A DNA stretch of 53,778 bases, counting the filler, from Stramenopiles sp. TOSAG23-2 (lineage: Eukaryota), in assembly GCA_900128395.1 (NCBI GenBank). It is 3 parts of 3 records of this genome, joined end to end, with 100 filler letters (N's around TTAATTAATTAA, not from the genome) between each part and the next. Parts side by side here need not be neighbours in the genome. Positions count along the whole stretch, not along the records: positions 35,944 to 53,778 come from LT649622.1; 2 more parts are not named here. One strand, given 5' to 3'. Both the position numbers and the translations under genes were made by a program. Shown in pieces: positions 51,638 to 53,778 of the stretch (positions are counted from its first letter, which is position 1; every line of letters starts with the position of its first letter). The notes below the pieces were generated by a model that did no database searches, was not told the DNA's origin, and was given only the letters and a program-made list of their open reading frames with translations.

Positions 51638-52075
51638 ATGCCAGGCGGTCATCCATCTCACTACGGTAATAAATCAGGTAGAAAATACTTGCAAAAGCAT
51701 GCACAAAACAAAACAGATCCTAACTTCCTTGCTGGACATAATGGTAAAGCAACTGACAATGGTAGACTTTACGTTCGTGGCGCAGTTATGGCATACAAAG
51801 GTGGTTTAAGAACCCAATATGCACATACCAGTATCCTTAAGCTCGAAAACGTTGCTGATGCAGCATCTGCACGTTTCTATGCTGGAAAACGTGTTGCATA
51901 CGTTTACACCGCAAAAAATAAGAACACACAAGGAACCAAATATCGTTGTATCTGGGGAAAAATCACTCGTCCACATGGTACCAGTGGATGTGTTCGTGCT
52001 AAATTCCGTAGTAACTTGCCACCAAAAGCAATGGGTGGACGTGTACGTGTTATGCTTTACCCATCAAACATTTAA
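51638..52075 (+). CDS. RPL35A: 60S ribosomal protein eL33 (L35a) with an N-terminal extension
   Basis: [17 protein letters not shown] and [41 protein letters not shown]. Confidence 0.97.
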   Translation: MPGGHPSHYGNKSGRKYLQKHAQNKTDPNFLAGHNGKATDNGRLYVRGAVMAYKGGLRTQYAHTSILKLENVADAASARFYAGKRVAYVYTAKNKNTQGTKYRCIWGKITRPHGTSGCVRAKFRSNLPPKAMGGRVRVMLYPSNI

Positions 52076-52631
52076 ATTTATCTGGTTGTTAGTTTTGATC
52101 TTATAAATTTTTAATATAGTATATTATCATAGTGTTTGTATATTTTTCGTTTATTATTTATAAAATGCATGATATTTGATATCATACACAGACAACAAAA
52201 TATAGCATATATTAGTGATGTATTTTTAGAAAACACACACATCATGACACACTCACACTTTCAATTATAACACGCACACACATTCTCCCTTCGAAATATG
52301 TATATATGTGTATATATTAAATATGACTTCTCATGTACACACATACAAAAAAGTATATCCCCAATCCCCACATTCTACGTACTCCAACAAAAGGTAAATA
52401 AAAAATCTCTTCCATCCTTTGCAAAGATATATGATATGATATTATACAATCTCCGCATTTATTTTCTGGTTAAGGATATTTCACGTACCAGGCATATACC
52501 AGCATCCCAGCATATAAATTACAGAAGACTACATTATATACTACAGACACTTTTGCTCGAGGAATAAAACCCTTAAATAACTTTTTAATTTTTACATTTT
52601 TTTTTTATAAATATTATTATTATTACTGAAA

Positions 52632-53408
52632 TTACCACCATGAGGTAAGATAATCTTCATTCAATTGAAATATAATTTCATAAGTTATATATAATGCATA
52701 AAAAAAATGCAAACATGAAACAACAATAATAATATCATAATACAATTTCATTTTTGGTGGAGAATCCAGTAAATGAAATGGCAAAGTAGAAAATATTGTA
52801 CGCATTAAAAATTGGCATATCAATAATGCAAATACAATACTAAAAAATCCTTGCACTGTTATCAAAAAAAATTGTTCAGAGTATGAAGACAATGTTACAT
52901 ATGTCCCAGCATCAAGATATGTACCAAATATACGTGCAACATGAAGATGAAAAAACGCATCGATAACTTTCATGCCGCCAAAAAGTTCCATACGATTGGA
53001 TAAATTAGTCAAAAGACGATGGAAAAAAAACAAACCAAAAATTAATAATAAAAAATATAAAAATGATTTCAAAACGTAACATTTCAATACAATAACTGAA
53101 AACCAAAACAAATAAGCTAAATTTGCAAAAAATGAAACAGAATTATATTCAACCCGATGTTTGTAAACATCTTTTAGCAGTTCTAAATATAATTCCTCAT
53201 TGCTTTCTACTGTAACACCACCACCTTCAACTTTAAATCCCAATGGCAACTGTTGTGCTAATGCTATATCTTTGAAATATGTTCTGTTTTTATTTATCAA
53301 TCTATGTTGTTTAACACGTAATTTTTTCTCCAATTTATCCTGTGACTTTTGGAAGTCTCTTCGTTCTTTTCTATTCGGCTGCCTTCGCTGTTGCGGTTGT
53401 TGCTGCAT
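52632..53408 (-). CDS. Hypothetical multi-pass membrane protein
   Basis: 258-aa ORF with a Q/basic N-terminus followed by four to five hydrophobic segments. No family recognised. Confidence 0.65.
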   Translation of the reverse strand: MQQQPQQRRQPNRKERRDFQKSQDKLEKKLRVKQHRLINKNRTYFKDIALAQQLPLGFKVEGGGVTVESNEELYLELLKDVYKHRVEYNSVSFFANLAYLFWFSVIVLKCYVLKSFLYFLLLIFGLFFFHRLLTNLSNRMELFGGMKVIDAFFHLHVARIFGTYLDAGTYVTLSSYSEQFFLITVQGFFSIVFALLICQFLMRTIFSTLPFHLLDSPPKMKLYYDIIIVVSCLHFFYALYITYEIIFQLNEDYLTSWW

Positions 53409-53778
53409 GGTTTAATTTGAATTGTATGTATAATAATTGTATATAGAATGTACTATGGCAACAATCTTTCTGGCATAATCTATGTCTGGGAATGCAATCA
53501 TCTCCTCTGCACCGCGTGGCCCAGATGGACGCCCAGAAGAGAAGACGACAGAGGAGATTATATTATATTAATGGCCATTGCATACTGTGTATAGCCTGGA
53601 TGGATGACAGCTGGATAGCACTATATAGCATCACAGTGCAAACATTATTCATGCTCTAAATTACATTTTTATATCAATATATATTTTATTATAATAAATA
53701 TCCGATATATTTGTTTACGTAAATAGAGCACAATAATTAGAAAATTTCAGATTTTTTTTAGGCAATCCCTTAAAAAAA

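Overview
This is AT-rich, gene-dense and almost intron-free eukaryotic nuclear DNA, probably from a heterotrophic flagellated protist such as a stramenopile SAG/MAG (taxonomy is inference only). The window is three contigs of near-identical, decreasing length (1-17872, 17973-35843, 35944-53778) joined by artificial N44-TTAATTAATTAA-N44 linkers, so nothing can be inferred across the joins. There are about 24 protein-coding genes; I found no rRNA, tRNA or CRISPR and no clear transposase. Best finds: (1) a DsbA/FrnE-like oxidoreductase that the ORF track truncates because an in-frame TGA sits at the first Cys of its CPWC active site (UPWC, a probable selenoprotein); (2) a secreted histidine phosphatase fused to a superoxide reductase domain; (3) a TauD/clavaminate-synthase-like dioxygenase fused to an aldo-keto reductase; (4) a Clp-N repeat domain fused to a CX5R phosphatase; (5) a 73-nt convergent CDS overlap between a PDZ-Tubby gene and RRP40; (6) a sharply GC-rich TPR gene; (7) a family-6 (hypoxanthine-type) DNA glycosylase; (8) two GT-AG introns, one of them a stop-free 3n intron hidden inside an ORF.
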